A stretch of 64,000 nucleotides of DNA from Podarcis liolepis (GCA_965112155.1 OZ218098.1), one strand, 5' to 3'; numbered from the stretch's first letter, positions 1 to 14,200 are shown. Made by a program: numbers and translations. Notes: generated from the letters alone by a model not told the origin.

Positions 1-488
1 GGTGGTCCTTTACCTTTTTACCTAGCCCAATATATTAGAATTTGGGAGATTCAGTGTTTGAAGTAGCCAAGCCACATTCTTGGTGAGTTAAGGAGCCTAA
101 GCAGGGTCATTAGTATAACAAAAGGAAGTAGCTTTGTGCCAGAGGGCAAATGGGTGGGCATGGCTGGTAGGGAGAAGGACAATAGGTATAGGTATAGTTG
201 AGTTGTGTGAGCTGGGCTAGAAGTAGGCAGAAGACAGTGAGTGAGAGCCATGCTTGATTTCTGCTGAAATCCAAGGCTATGGTTATGAGGGAAGCAAGGC
301 CCTCTCGGGGTGTTAATGCTGTGAACCCCTCCATCATAGGCTCATGTTGTATATATGTGTAAATAAACCATATATCATAAAGACACCACAATCTGTTGTG
401 TCTCATTTTGATGGAAACATGAACCCTGAGTAAGTGCTTATAACCCCAGGAAGCTTACACTGCTTGGAGATTGATGTGGAAGGCAACA
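1..488 (+). mobile_element. LTR (solo, cut by the window edge), family shared with about 9500-10106 and 49606-50104
   Basis: AATAAA, ends ...ggcaACA; block gatttctgctgaaatccaaggct...aaagacaccacaatct recurs reverse-complemented at about 49690-49850. Confidence 0.7.
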
Positions 489-690
489 GTACCATCCAAT
501 AACATTTTTGGGCTAAAGCATACTTTGGACATAAATAGCCTCTGCATGCTATTTGCATCTCATAAGTTTATAAGGAGTTGTTGCAGTGGTGCCAGATTCA
601 AAACCACTTTCAAAGCCAACATGACTAACTTGGGCCTTTTAAATTTAAGGAAAGGGGAGCAGCAAATTGCACTTGGATGTTCAAATAGAG

Positions 691-819
691 CAGTGTTTCT
701 CAAACTTGGGCCTCCAGCAGTTTTTGAACTACAACTAACATCATTCCTAGCTAGCAAGGTCAGGGATGATGGGAATTGTAGTCAAAAAACATCTGGAGAC
801 CCAAGTTTGGGAAACACTG
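691..819. mobile_element. hAT-type MITE
   Basis: TIRs cagtgtttctcaaacttggg / cccaagtttgggaaacactg; degenerate 8-bp TSD aaatagag/aactaaag. Confidence 0.8.
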
Positions 820-1430
820 AACTAAAGCTTCCAACCTTACAAAGGGATTCAAACACAGAGCTGTCATCTTCCCTTTATTGATGAGATCCTCTTTGAAGTT
901 CATGTAGATCTTGAACCAGAATGACAATGTTTTGGTATTAAGATGTGGCCCTGAGAACACTTTCAGATCCATGCTTGTTTCTTCTTTGTCCTACAACCAA
1001 TCAGCTACCTACCTCTGTTTAATCATTAGCATAATTCAACTGTGGAGAGGAAATTAATTAATGCTGAAGTAGTGTTATTGACCTAATGTCAAACTCTTAT
1101 AGCCAGCCTACATTAATTTAACAAAATTAATCAATTCAACAGTAAATTAAATTTACTTGCCACACTCCATTCAGGACAAAATATGTTGTATGAATGAAGA
1201 GTGCAAAGACTCAAAGAATTAAAAGAAAAAAATTGCAGTGCCTATATCCTTTGAAAGGAAGCTCTGAGAAATTGCGCCAGCACGACACTCCCACAGTGTG
1301 TTGCAAAGTTACCATGCCATCCTCCACTCCTGCGTGGTCTCTCCACTTGGAACATTCGTGGCTTGGTGAAATGAATATAATTGATTGGCAACTGTGTTAC
1401 CACAGTAACTTATGACTAAGGCACACATTC

Positions 1431-1822
1431 AGGGCTTGGCCACACTTACCTTTGCTCTGTGCCATAGGAGTAGCCAGGATTTTTGTTGTGGGGGGGGGCC
1501 AGAACCTCAGTTTTATATTGATTTGTATTGCTTTTGATTGATTCCCCTCTGCCCCCCCCCCGGCTATGCCCATGCTCTGTGCTTTCCAGGCTCAGATCTG
1601 CGCTTTAAAGCTCCATGTCCAAGCGCTCTCTCCTTTACCCCAGAGCTTTCCCTGCAAAAACAGCAACTCAGGTTTCCCACGGAGTGCTCTGATTTAGCAG
1701 TAAAGAGCAGGTTTTCACAGAAAAAGCTCTGGAGAAAAAGAGCACACACACTTGGACATGGAGCTTTAAAGCACAGGCCATGCCTGGAAGGTGTGGAGGA
1801 AAGGTAAAGGTGGGAAAACCCT
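1431..1822. mobile_element. Palindromic MITE (PIF/Harbinger-like) interrupted by a younger insert
   Basis: Perfect 22-bp inverted repeat 1602-1623 vs 1751-1772; termini agggcttggccacac / gtgggaaaaccct. Confidence 0.6.
1463..1574. mobile_element. hAT-like MITE with 8-bp TSD
   Basis: TSD ctctgtgc at 1455-1462 and 1575-1582; TIRs cataggagtagcc / ggctatgcccatg. Confidence 0.8.
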
Positions 1823-2249
1823 CTGTCTTAATGATTAAAAAGGAGCTGAAACTATCCTGACATCTATTCACACGCATCCCTAGGAAGGGCCGCCACAGTT
1901 GTTTTTGTTTTAAGGCAAAAGTTAGAGTCCCTGTTCTCTTTTATAGCACTCCCTGCCAAATTTATATGCATAGGAAAGCAGGCAAAAGAGTGAGACTGGC
2001 CACACTGGCTTGTCAAGCTGGTTCCTGGCTCCTTTTCTTTTATGACTTATCTTCTGCAGGCAATATGTGTAGGTGGCAGGGAGTTCCTAATTGGGGAAAA
2101 GGTGTGCTGCTTATATCCCAGCAGAAGCATCTTGGAATGCCACCCATTTTTTATCACACACTGGAGGCAGCTCAAAGAGAGGGAGACAATATTATAATTA
2201 ACTCAAGATTGTACTGGCTGGTGCTGCTCCCATTCCTTCCTCATTGGAG

Positions 2250-2463
2250 GAATAACCTGTTGCATTTGCTAGGAGCTATTGCAGAAGGAAAGGCAACTGT
2301 GTGCACAGAGCAGAGACAGGTTGATGAGCAAGCTCCTGAGAGCTATGCTGCGCAGAGAAAGGTCACATTCAGAGTGGTGGGCCACCGCAGCATAAGCTTT
2401 TGGATACCTCAAGGAGGGGAGAGAGACGACTGAACCAGTTGGCTTTGGGGGAAAATTCCACGG
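2250..2463 (+). promoter_or_regulatory. Candidate ABCA12 proximal promoter/5' UTR with GRHL-like sites
   Basis: AACCTGTT 2254-2261, GACAGGTT 2315-2322, AACCAGTT 2433-2440 and an AGGTCA half-site at 2360, all just upstream of the ATG; TSS not determinable. Confidence 0.35.
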
Positions 2464-2532
2464 ATGGCTTCACTATTCCAGCACCTGCGGGTGCTGCTGT
2501 GGAAGAACTGGCTGGGCGTCAAACGGCAAAAA
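2464..2532 (+). CDS. ABCA12: ABCA12 coding exon 1 (69 nt), MASLFQHLRVLLWKNWLGVKRQK
   Basis: ATG at 2464; ABCA N-terminal LLWKNW motif; donor AAA|gtaagt; phase 0. Confidence 0.95.
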
Positions 2533-5500
2533 GTAAGTATTTAAGAAATAAGAATAAAATGAGAGAAAACCTTATATTCTTTGCAGGTTCAGACTGAGAA
2601 ATGGCTTGTGACACTGACAAAAAAAATAAAGGTGGAAGATATTTGCTGGTGGAAGAGCCCTGAGTAGGAATGTGGAGGTGTTACATTTTAGATCACGTTC
2701 AAAGGTGTGTTGCCTCAGAACAGAAGCAAAGTCTCAGTTGCCTCTATTTGGCCTGCTCAAATTGCTGTTGACTTTTTCTTCCTTAGTGGGGATACTTGAG
2801 TGGTCTGGTCTACATGTGTAGCAGAATGAGGTGGCAATGAGTTGAAGGGTTGGAAAGGGCTGCTCAACTGTAGGCTGCACGTGGCGGGTCACGCTTAGGA
2901 ATGCTCACGTTTCTTAAAAATACCCTTTGCAAAGAGAAAACTAGCAGAGCAGTCAAAGGTCTGGGCTGGAGTCTCGCTTCAGTAGACTGCTTGCCCTTTA
3001 AGAATAGTCAGAGAAGAATAGTCAGAGATTACTTGCAGTCAGAAGTGATACCGACCATTCTATCTCCTGGGAATTATACCAACACATCCCATCTCTTTCT
3101 GCTGTATGTGTGCAGAAGTCGACCGGGCTTGCCATGCTCCTTACGCATGAGCCAAATGCTTGTTGAGGCTGAAAAAGGAGCAGCGCTTACCTACAACCTC
3201 AGCTGGAGGGAAAGTTACAAAAGGAAGAAAAAAACACCCTGAGGAATCAAGGAGGTCTGCCTTTCATTGGTTCATGACTTTTTAGCTTCCACTGCACCTG
3301 TTTCATGGGTATACCTATTTAGTGCTGTACTTATTTAGGACTGTACCTGTGCATCTACTTTCTGAGCAGGTGCTGCCATGGACTGATTTTAGGAAAATTA
3401 CTTCATAGCTATACAAATTGGGCTGCCAGGATTATGCAAAACTTTCTCCGTAATTTCCCTCAAGAAACTTGGCAGTTTGTGAGCATTTGTATCATACAAT
3501 GTGATGACAACTAAGCATTAAAATCTACTTCCTGAGTGGTAGCTTAATGTAGTGAGATATGTTAAAATTTAAAACCATTTCAGCAGGTATCCGTCTGCTT
3601 TTTTATGTTGGGAGAAGGCCAGGAGACTTTCAGCTCCATATTCCCTGATTTTCATCCAATGAACACTGCCATTTTTATTTAAAATCAGGGTATCTTTCTC
3701 CCCTGTCAAATGTTGATGTGCATCACAGTCCATTCACAAAACTTTCCCCTCAGCACTCTGCCATCTGAAGGCTTAAAAAAAACCCTCTCTTCTATAATCC
3801 CCCCCCCCTGGATTGTTGCTCAACAGAGCTACTGCTTGTGATATTTGTTGGTCCTAATGTTGCCCCTTAAATATGTGGCAGTCGGTTATATCGAAGAGTC
3901 TTTCATCTGCCGTGGTTTGACTGCATCAGCTCTACCCTTTGGGGATTCTGACTCAATGGGACAGATACAATGAGCAGGCAGGTGGAGGTGTGTGCCAAGG
4001 CAGGAATTCTGAGAGCTGCCTTTTCTTTTTCCTCTTCCCCACCCCACCCCGGCTTCAGTCGGCTAGATGCCTCTGGGGAGATAAGCCAACATGAATTACA
4101 CCAAACTCCATTCAAGGGTGGGGCTGCTGGTGGCTGGCAGAGGGAAGGCAAGCCTTTAAAATAGAGTTTGAGTTACACCACCACCTTTGGGTGGGTGGGC
4201 AGGACAGCCCATCTCTCAGACATCTGACATCACAATGACATCAGGATTAACAGGTGGATTGTCCCGCCCACCTGTCAAACAGTGTTGAACTGTTGAACAG
4301 TGTTCTGGCCTGGTGGACCAAAAGGGCTCCCCACCCCTGTTCTCTATGGACCACCTTCCTCCACATCTTCCTTTCTGAATGCTCAGTCCATCACCTGAGC
4401 TCCAGATTCCTGGGCTGTCCAAGGAATAAAACTTACTATTGTCACCTTGGTAACAATACGCCATTTGGAATGATGCCCTCCTGGTTGAGATTCATGAAGA
4501 CATGATAGTTTATGGCTTGTTTAATAATATGTGTATTTCATAAAATTTATATACCACATGACTGTAGAAAGAAACCTCAAACTGGTTTATAAAAAAGGCA
4601 ACACAATAAAATTGTTACTTAAAAAGTTAAAGCTGTAATTTAAAACATACAGGAAGTTAAAACCACAATAGAATAGACGGAAACAAACTTTCTAAGCCTC
4701 TGGGTAGGTTTGCCCAAATAAGAATGTCTTCATCAGGCACCAAAAAGAATACAGTGCCTGCCTGATATCAAGAGGCAGGGGGATCCAAAGTGTTGATGCT
4801 GCCGCATGAAACCATTGAATACTTACAGATGCAGAATGGGTACTATGCCCATTGACTGAGGAGCTCGACTGGGCACATGTGGGGTAAGGCAATGTTGTAG
4901 GTAAACTGGTCCCAAGTTGTTAAGAGCTTGGCAGCAAATCAGTAACCAGTGCAGAAGGCTGTCAGCTGAAGAATTTTTACTGTTGTGATTATGTTTCCTT
5001 TGTTGTTTTTCTGCCTTCATTTGTTGCTTTGTTGGCTTTTGGTTATATGAATTGCTGCTTTTGTTGATTTTTTAAAAAATTAATGGCTGTTTCATGCATG
5101 TAATGAGTATGGGTTGCTCGTGTGTAAGTTGCCGCCTCTCCTGGCTATGTTGCCTGGTTAAACCTTTCTGTCTGGACAGCCCTTCACTTCGTGGCTGCCT
5201 CAGTCGCTAGCAGAATCCGTCAGTGGGCGTTTCTTAAACCTTTTCCAACATAAAAGTTGTTTGACGCCAAGTCTCCTCCTACTCTCCCTGCGCAGAAGTC
5301 TTCTGCACAGGGAGGGCGTGGGTAGTGGAGGACCCGTGCTCTCCCCGCTGGTGTCCGGTGAAGAGTCCTGGAGCCCTCTCGCCGATTCCCCCATCTGCCC
5401 CCCTTTGTCCCTGGTGTTGCGCTGATTTGCTTCCCCATCTGCGGAGCTGCCTCTCTCCCTGCTTGGCCCTTCTCCAGCATCATTTGAGAGCCTTCCCTCC

Positions 5501-8500
5501 GCCTCTAGCTCCGATGTCAGTTCCCTGACAATGCATTTTGTGGATTTGATTTGATTATATTTCTTTAAGCCACTTTGAACTTCTTTTGGGTAAGGGGCAT
5601 ACAAGTCTGCACACGCACAGGCCTTGTTCTGTGCCCAATAAGTGCAGGGTGCCCTTTCCTGGCTGTTGTGGCCCATAGACTGAGCAAAATACTGGGCAAG
5701 GTTTTGCCTAGTATCCTCTCTGAATGATGTCCCATGAGACCTTGAAATGCTTATATTCTGTAAGACTGCTTCCCCTGGAGCTCAGAGCTTCACTCCCATG
5801 CACCCCTGGGTTAGAGCCTTCACTGAGCAATTGCATTGCGAAGGGTCAACACAGATCCAAAAGGGGTTTGAGGGGAGGAATGACCACACCCCCCAAGTTT
5901 GGGTTGGGGTATCTGCCTGGTTGGAATCTGCACCCTGTTTGCCCAGTGAAACCTTGTTGCTTGGCTTGCACCACGGCAAGGTTCAACACTGGCCAACTCC
6001 CGTGGAACGGGTTTGGGATGGTTCAAATCTGGTGGACCCATTCCTTCAATGTGGGGCTTATGGAATGATGAACTAATCCAGGACCCCATGCCATGCCAAC
6101 CCTTACCCTGCTGCCTTCTGTCAATAAATATTTGGCCTGATTTCATCCTAGTTATTTTGCTGGTCTCATGGGTCACATAATGCGCTTGCCTGGGCAATTG
6201 GAATATTTTGGTTTTTGAATCAGAGGCTTCTTTCAATGTCTATATAAAAAGGTCCCAAGGCCCATCTGAGTCAATTTTTGAGCAATTTCAGACTTGAGAC
6301 TTGACTAGCCTTTGAGCCTTCCCACTATTTATATAAATATGTTATAATTGGTGATGGAGAAGAGAGGCATTTGTAATGGTAATGACCATTCTAGCTAGTG
6401 TAGGCTTCCGTTACAAAACCATTTGATGGGGGAGCTGCTTTAAGCCTCATGCGAAAACACTCTGTGACACAGAGGTCGAAATATAACACAGTGCAAGAAG
6501 CAGGGATTTGTGTATGTTTGGATACCATTGAGTGCCATTTTGAAACAAGATGGCAGACTGAATCTTTCAGAACTGTACTGATTTCAACCATTGATTTCAC
6601 AGCATCACTTAACTTTTTGTTTCTTAGAATTCCTTCTCCCCCCCTCCCCCCCACAAAATTATAGACACACTAACAACTAAACAGACAAACAAAAATCAAA
6701 CCTTATTAAAACTAATCTTATTAACATTGTTAAGTGACTTCCTCGTATCCCCCTGGTTGGGTTTCAATGCATATCATTTTAACGGTTTTCCAAATCAAAA
6801 TTCTTATATACTTAACTTGATCACTTAACATCATTCTTTCTTCTCAACTCAGCATTAAACATGTTAATTCATCATATTACTTATTTAAATCTTCAGTTAC
6901 TACATAAATAAGTATCCTTTTTAAGATTTATAAAATCACTCATTGCTATGCCCACTAATTCTTACTACAGTGGTACCTCGGGTTACATACGCTTCAGGTT
7001 ACATACGCTTCAGGTTACAGACTCTGTTAACCCAGAAATATTACCTCGGGTTAATAACTTTGCTTCAGGATGAGAACAGAAATTGTGCAGTGGCAGCGCA
7101 GCAGCAGCAGGAGGCCCCATTAGCTAAAGTGGTCCTTCAGGTTAAGAACAGTTTCAGGTTAAGAACGGACCTCTGGAATGAATTAAGTATGTAACCAGAG
7201 GTACCACTGTACCTGCTTTCAGATTTGATAATCATTCTAATTTGTAGCAGAAAATCATTTGCTTGGTATAGGGATGAGGAACCTGTGGCTCTCTAGATAT
7301 TGCTGAACTCTAACTCTCCTTGCTGCCATTCAGTAAGTTACTGGCTGGGGATGGTGGGAGTTGTAGAAGAGTTGCATGCCTGGGGACATTGGGTGGAATT
7401 TGTGTGCATTCCCCAGCCCCCTTCCATGTTTTAAGCCCTTGCGCCTTCAAGTGAACATCTGAACAGGGCTGCTGTGTCACATGAAACATCAGCACATGTA
7501 CTTTTATATAGCAACTTTTATTTTAACACTATGCTTCATCTTACTGTCTTCATGATCTCAGTAAGTTGGGTGGAAAAAGATTGCAGTCTATGCTCCAGCA
7601 GCTGCAGTGCCGCTGCCCAATCTAATCGTCAGCCATGCCTGCCAGCTGTTTCGCACCCCTGTTTGTTGGCCTTTGCATGCCATGTCTGCTCTGCTATCCA
7701 GTGGGGTGGGGGCTGGGGAAGTGGGCCTGTAGCAGTGTTGTTATTGATTTTATAAGGCTGCAGTTTCCTGCAAGCCACCCTGATTGCATCATCTACCCAA
7801 TCAAGCGAATCTAGAGCTGTTTCTATGATTTAAGCGATCACTGAGAGCAGAAAAATTCTCTGTATGGGTAGTCTCAGCACTACGCTGCCATTCTGCCCAC
7901 TGGCAAACCACATCCATATTGCAACTTTTATATAATTCACCACTTTCCGAATAGTTTACTGGGGCACTGAGACAAAGTCCCATATATTACTGAGGAAGTG
8001 ATTGGTCGGTTATTCATTTGTGCTGTGTGTTTCAATCAAAATGGGTCCTATGACCATAATGAAGACGTTTATTATTTTCCTTAGAATACCTGTGCCTTAA
8101 AACATTTTCCATGTTTTTTAATTTGTTGATTTCCCCTTCACTGAGCATGTATGACATGATAAACCAATAAAAGAGTAAAATGTAGAGTTGCTTGAGCATA
8201 AAGCAACATCTGAACTATGGGCAGGTTCCTCCGCAAGTGAAACAACATGCTTTCTAGCCAATGGACAAGCGGAAATGTGGACAAGTCCCTAATGGCACAT
8301 TTTGCTGCAACTGGTCAACAAAGGGCAACTGGGGTGGTCAAGGAAGTTAACAGCCCAGTTGTTTAATTTTTTTAAATTATATTTATTGAAAAAAGAATTT
8401 TTTAAAAAATTACAAAAAAATAGAAAAGATAAAATTACAAAGAAAGAAGACAAAAACAGAAAAATAAAAAAATAAAATAAAACCATCATTTTCAAATCCT

Positions 8501-11202
8501 TCAATTTCATTACCTTCTTTCCATGACCTCCTCCTCCTCCCATCTCTTGTATCTTGATTAATAATTATCACAGCAAATCCTTTCCATAATTCATAGTATT
8601 CTGTCCTTACATTACCTTACTCTATTTTCATCTTATCTTATAAAAAACCTTAAAACTTAAAACTTAAATCTTATTTTTACCAGCTTCTCATAACCATAAC
8701 CTTTTTACCTAATTCTTTAAACATTTTTACAAGAGCCAAATAATTTCATTTCAACATTTTTCCAACGTTCATAAAACATTTCTGATAATAAAAAGAAAAA
8801 AAAGAATAAAAACAATCCAATCTTCTTCCAGGGTCCCCTCTCCCCGGGATTGTCAGTCCCCTTTTTTTTAACCCATTAGTCTGGCACATTAACCTGGTGA
8901 TATTATATCCGAGGCCTTCAAATCTCTTCCATGTCCCTTGCTGAATCTTGGGCACCAGGGATGGAGGGACTTTTGGCCCAGCAGGAAAATGAGCCTTTGG
9001 ATTTGACAAATGAACTTGGAAAAAACCAGATTTGGAAAGACAAAGTTTGGATTGATTTGGAAATGGAGGGTTGGACTGACCCCCCTATGCAGGGATGTTT
9101 GGACTTTCCAAGTCTGGCAACGGGCCGCCAGAGGTTTGGAGCTGATGGGACTCCCAATCTTGGAGGGAATCTGAAACATGTTTTAAAACACCACATGGAG
9201 TCTAGTCTGGACTATGAGAAAGGGGCTGATCTGTTGAAATGGGTCAAAAACACTACCAAGCTGGAGTTCCCACGAGTGAAAGGAAAATATGAAGAAGAGC
9301 TGCCCAGTTGTTTAAGCTCCAGCCAGGGAGTCAAATTCCCTCTTCCCTCCCTTTGGCTGTCTTTCAGAACGGGCATGAAAAAAACACCCGAAAGGCTGTC
9401 ACATTTTCAGTGGAGACAAAAGGGTTCCCATAAACCTCCCTCGCACCCTGTACCAGAAAGGCTGGGGTGGACTGGGGTGGAATTCCTGAGTTAGACTGGG
9501 TTGCTATGTATAAAGTTGGGTGCCTCCCCACCCCCTGCCAAACTCTATGGGGTTCCAGGCACTCACCCAGGGTCTGTATTCCTGTGGAGAATTGAGACAC
9601 AGTGGAGACTGTCATAGCTTTAAGAAATATGGTTTATTCACCTATTTACACCTTCATTCTGCATGAAGGGAGTCCAGATCTTACAGCATGAGGAGCTTGT
9701 CCCCCACAGCAGCACAGCCATGGAGTCTGGTATTTCTCCCAGCCAGCCTTCAGCCAACCTGCCTAAGATGAATCCCAGTCTTTATTCTTCCTTCTTCTTC
9801 CCATAACACCCTTCTAAAAACTCTCTTTTTACCTCATACCCAGTTACCCTGCCAACCTCCCAAAGCCCCAGTGTCTGTTCACACCTCCGGGCAAGAGGAA
9901 GGACAGTTTTATTGCATTGGCAATGGCCCTGTAATGTTTCTTAATGGCCCTAGCTTGGCCAAGTCATTTTGCATAGAGTAACCCAGGAATTCCTCTGCAG
10001 CTTATATTTCCCCCCTTCACATACCAGCTAATCGAAATCCTATCATTTATTAATTTCTAATGGTTTTTTTTTGGGGGGGGGGGTTTCCCCTTCCAAATCT
10101 ATAACATGTTCTGTCATGTCAAAGTCTGGTAGATTCTTTGAAACAAAAGAAAACTCTTGGCTGATTTGTTGTTTTTGTAAATTAAGGCCAGATTGTACAA
10201 TATATTTCACTACTTTCTTTCCTGATGGGTGAAGTTCATTTATCTCCTAATTGGAAACTCATCTGGTATCCAAAGAAACAAAAAGTAACTTCTGGTTTGT
10301 ACAGGGTCCCAGAGATCCATGAGTTTCCAATTCGCACAATTCATTGCATGGAGAAAGCTAAAACTATCACTAGGATGATTTCCCATAATTCCCTTGGCCT
10401 TCCCTCAATATATGGCCTATGGCAGGCATAGGCAAACTTGGGCTCTCCAGATGTCTGGGACTACAATTCCCATAATCCCTAGCTAACAGGACCAGTGGTC
10501 AGGGATGATGGGAATTGTAGTCCCAAAACCTGGAGGGCCAGAGTTCGTCTACGTGGCATGCCTGGCTCAGGTTTTAACTGCTTTAGAAACAAGGATATTT
10601 TCAAGCTCCCAGTTTCCAGTTACATCTAGTTTTATAGATCCTAAAATCTTGTAAAATTTTAGAAAACCACCCGAGAAGCAAAGGATTGGAATAAAGTGCA
10701 CCCAACCAAAGGAAAGAGACAGCTATGACACCCAAAAAGACACATTTGGGAACTAATATACAAGCTGTAATTAGCTGTGATATGAGCTTGAGCTTTGAGC
10801 TGGAGACTCATGGTTTATTCCTTCAACACATAAGTGAAGCATGAGTAGTACCAGCTAGCAGCCACCTACATTTGCAATATGGGGCAGTAATAATGCTGTT
10901 CTACTTTACACGGATATTGTAAAAATAACTGAGAAAATGTGCACAAAGTTATTTTACTGTGAAGATGCACGGTTTAAATATTATTGTTGTTGCCATGATA
11001 AGTATGGAAGAAAGGGGGTGTTTTTGATCCATTGCAAGTGAATTGAAGCTGCTTCAGTGGCTGCTCCAGCTACTATTTCCAGGAGCTTCCACTTCTTTTT
11101 CTATGAATGTTGCTTAACAGTTCTATATCATTTTCAGAGACATTTTTCTGCCTATATAAAATCAGTTTGCATTGCTTGTAGGTCCCTGTGATAAAATAAA
11201 GA

Positions 11203-11239
<37 letters not shown>

Positions 11240-14200
11240 AAAAAAAAAGAGGCCCAAGAGTTGATTTGCCATGTGCTGGTGTAAATTAAATAAGAATTAC
11301 TTGCAGGCTGTGTAGCAATATAAGAAAATATGGGATTTTCACTGATCCTCTAACTGTTCAATTAGAATAATATCTCAAAAACTATTATAGAATTAGTTTA
11401 AAATTTACCAGTGCTTTCAAGGATTGAGACTCCCTGGGGAACCTTCTATGGAAGCCTGGCTTATTTGAGCCTAGAATGAACTTAGTTCACTTATTTATTT
11501 TATTATTTGATTTATATACTGCCTTTCATCACAAGCTCTTGGGGCGGTTCACAGAATAAAATACAAGGTAGTAAAGGTAAAGGTACCCCTGCCCGTACGG
11601 GCCAGTCGTGTCCAAATCTAGGGTTGTGAGCCCATCTCACTTAAGAGGCCGGGGGCCAGCGCTGTCCGGAGACACTTCCGGGTCACGTGGCCAGCGTGAC
11701 GAAGCTGCTCTGGTGAGCCAGCACCAGCACAGCACACGGAAATGCCGTTTACCTTCCCGCTATAAAGCGGTCCCTATTTATCTACTTGCACTTAGGGGTG
11801 CTTTCGAACTGCTAGGTGGGCAGGAGCTGGGACCGAAAGACAGGAGCTCACCCCGCCATGGGGATTCGAACCGCTGACCATGCGATCGGCAAGCCCTAGG
11901 CACTGAGGTTTTACCCACAGCGCCACCCGCGTCCCAAAATACAAGGTACAGTGGTGCCTCGCAAGACAAAAATAATTCGTTCTGCGAGTCTTTTCGTCTT
12001 GCGATGTTTTTCGTCTTGTGAAGCACGGTCCGTCGCAACTGCGCCTCTTCAAGCGGCTTTAAGAAAAAAGCGCAAGATGTTTTCATCTTGCAAAGCAAGC
12101 CCATAGGGAAATTCGTCTAGCGAAGCAACGCAAAACCGAAAAACCCTTTCGTCTAGCGAGTTTTTCGTCTTGCGAGGCATTCGTCTTGCGGGGCACCACT
12201 GTAAAACACAAGTAAATAGTTAAAAGAAAACCAACAAACAATAACCCCCCTCCTACAAGCACATTTAAAGGGCTGTAGAATATTAATCAGGCTGGTTGAA
12301 AAGGAACTAGGAATTTAGGAAGTTATGTTTTGCTGAGTCAGACCACCCAAGAGGCCTCAGGCAGCAGGATCCACAGGAGCAGTAGCTCCAGCCAGTGGTG
12401 GAGGAAGGGGGGCGGTGGAGGTGGTCTGCCCCGGGTGTCATCCCCGAGGGGGTTGACATCGCCACCCCCGCCCCCTGGGACTCCCACCGCTCACCATGGG
12501 TGGCATCCCCCAGGACGCTCGCCGCAGGCACTGCCCTGGCTGCTGAAGCAGCTAGCTGCTCCTCTGGCTCCAGCTGCCAAGAAATGCAGTGCCTTCTGCT
12601 GCTACTGCTGTCACTGCTGCATGCTCCTTGGAGACCCATCTGCCGCCTCCTTGGCAGCGCCTCCCCACCCTGCTTGCCACCTCTGCAGTGGCCTCTTGGC
12701 AAATAGGAGGCTCAGCTTGTCTCCCCCACTCCTATGGGGCTGCTGTCTGGGGTCTCCTGGGCTCTGCACCTGCCCAGTGTGACTCAGAACAGGCCCCTTT
12801 CAGCCCTGCAACAGCCTTTGACTCCACTTCAACCATCGGTGAAGGTTGCTTCGATTCCCCCCTTGTTCCTGATGTAGATCTTCACTCACCCCTTCTTCCC
12901 TTGTAGTGGTTTTGTGGTTCGTCTCAGGTGCCCAAATTGCTTGGGCTGGCCGTGAGACTATCGGTCCAATTGGTCTAGCCAAGTATGATCTACACTGGTG
13001 AGCAGTAGCCACTCAATGTTTCAGACAGAACTTTTTCTTTCAACCTGGAGATGCTTTCTACCTGAACCTGGGATTTCTCTCTGCAAGGCAGATTCCCCAC
13101 CACTGAAGGCTAGGACAAGTATGACCACAAACAAATAAGGTTTCTAGTGATTATTGGTGAATGCATTGGATTCTGGTAGAAAGAGAATTGGAAAGCTGAT
13201 ATTTTATATATGTGTGTGAGTTGCTTTGTTGAACAGATTTTCCTTTTATGCTACTGACATACACTTTTAACCATTTAACAAGGATTCACGCTGCCCCTGC
13301 TTCTCTCTCACAGGTTTGGTCACTCACATTAATTGCATGGCCTGTGTTTTTATTCATCCTTATGGCCATCATACGAACCAGATTTCCTCCAGAAGCCCAG
13401 CCAAACTGTGAGTAACTTGACCCCCCTTTAAAGATGGATATGGGTTTTGTATTGTTGTCGAAAAGGCTCAGGTCCTTTATGTTTAGAAGCTTTAGCTATT
13501 TGAAGATAACTATCATTTCTCCTCTCAATCTCCTCTTTTCTGGGCTAAACGTACCCTGGGAAGAAAAAGCTTTTAATAGTTTCTTAGATACCATTGTCCC
13601 AGAAGGGTGTTTTCTGTCTACTGCAACCTCTCCCCAATCTGCCTATTGTCAGCAAAGTCAGGTGCCCAATTTTGTGTGATGGGGACTTTATGCACTGATT
13701 CTAAGCATAATTTGGGAAGTGTAGAGGTGCCACACCCTCTCCTTTTGGATGACACCGGCATGTGTGTGAAATCAAAAACGCTTAAGAGATAATCTGAATT
13801 TACTATATTCAAGGTCAGGTTGGTATAACCTGTTTGCTGGAATGTTTCTTAATACTTTCTTCAGCATCTCTCTTTCAATTTACGCTCACATAGAGCAAGC
13901 TATTTATTTTGCAGGCTCACCTAGAATTGTAGGAACAAGGAACAGTGCCTGTAGCAGCATGAAACTAGTTGAACAAGATCCTTCTCCGGTTAGCTAATAG
14001 TTTCTGGTCTCTGCATCATATTAAAAAAAAGAAAAGAATTAGCAATTGTGCAATTCAATATTGAAGTAAAACACTGTACCAGAATATTTTTCTAACTAAT
14101 CCTACACTTAATCCAAACTGACATTGTAGAACTTAGTCTCAATGGTCACTGCTAGACACTTCCAGCATTAGCTGCAGTTGGGGAGTTTAACAGGGACAAA

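Noticed and set aside
8931-9494. 187-aa ORF in intron 1
   Set aside because: Sits between LINE and LTR remnants, has no recognisable domain and is not needed for the exon chain.
11820-11935. tRNA gene
   Set aside because: The A/B-box-like motifs belong to the Sauria SINE head; no full cloverleaf.
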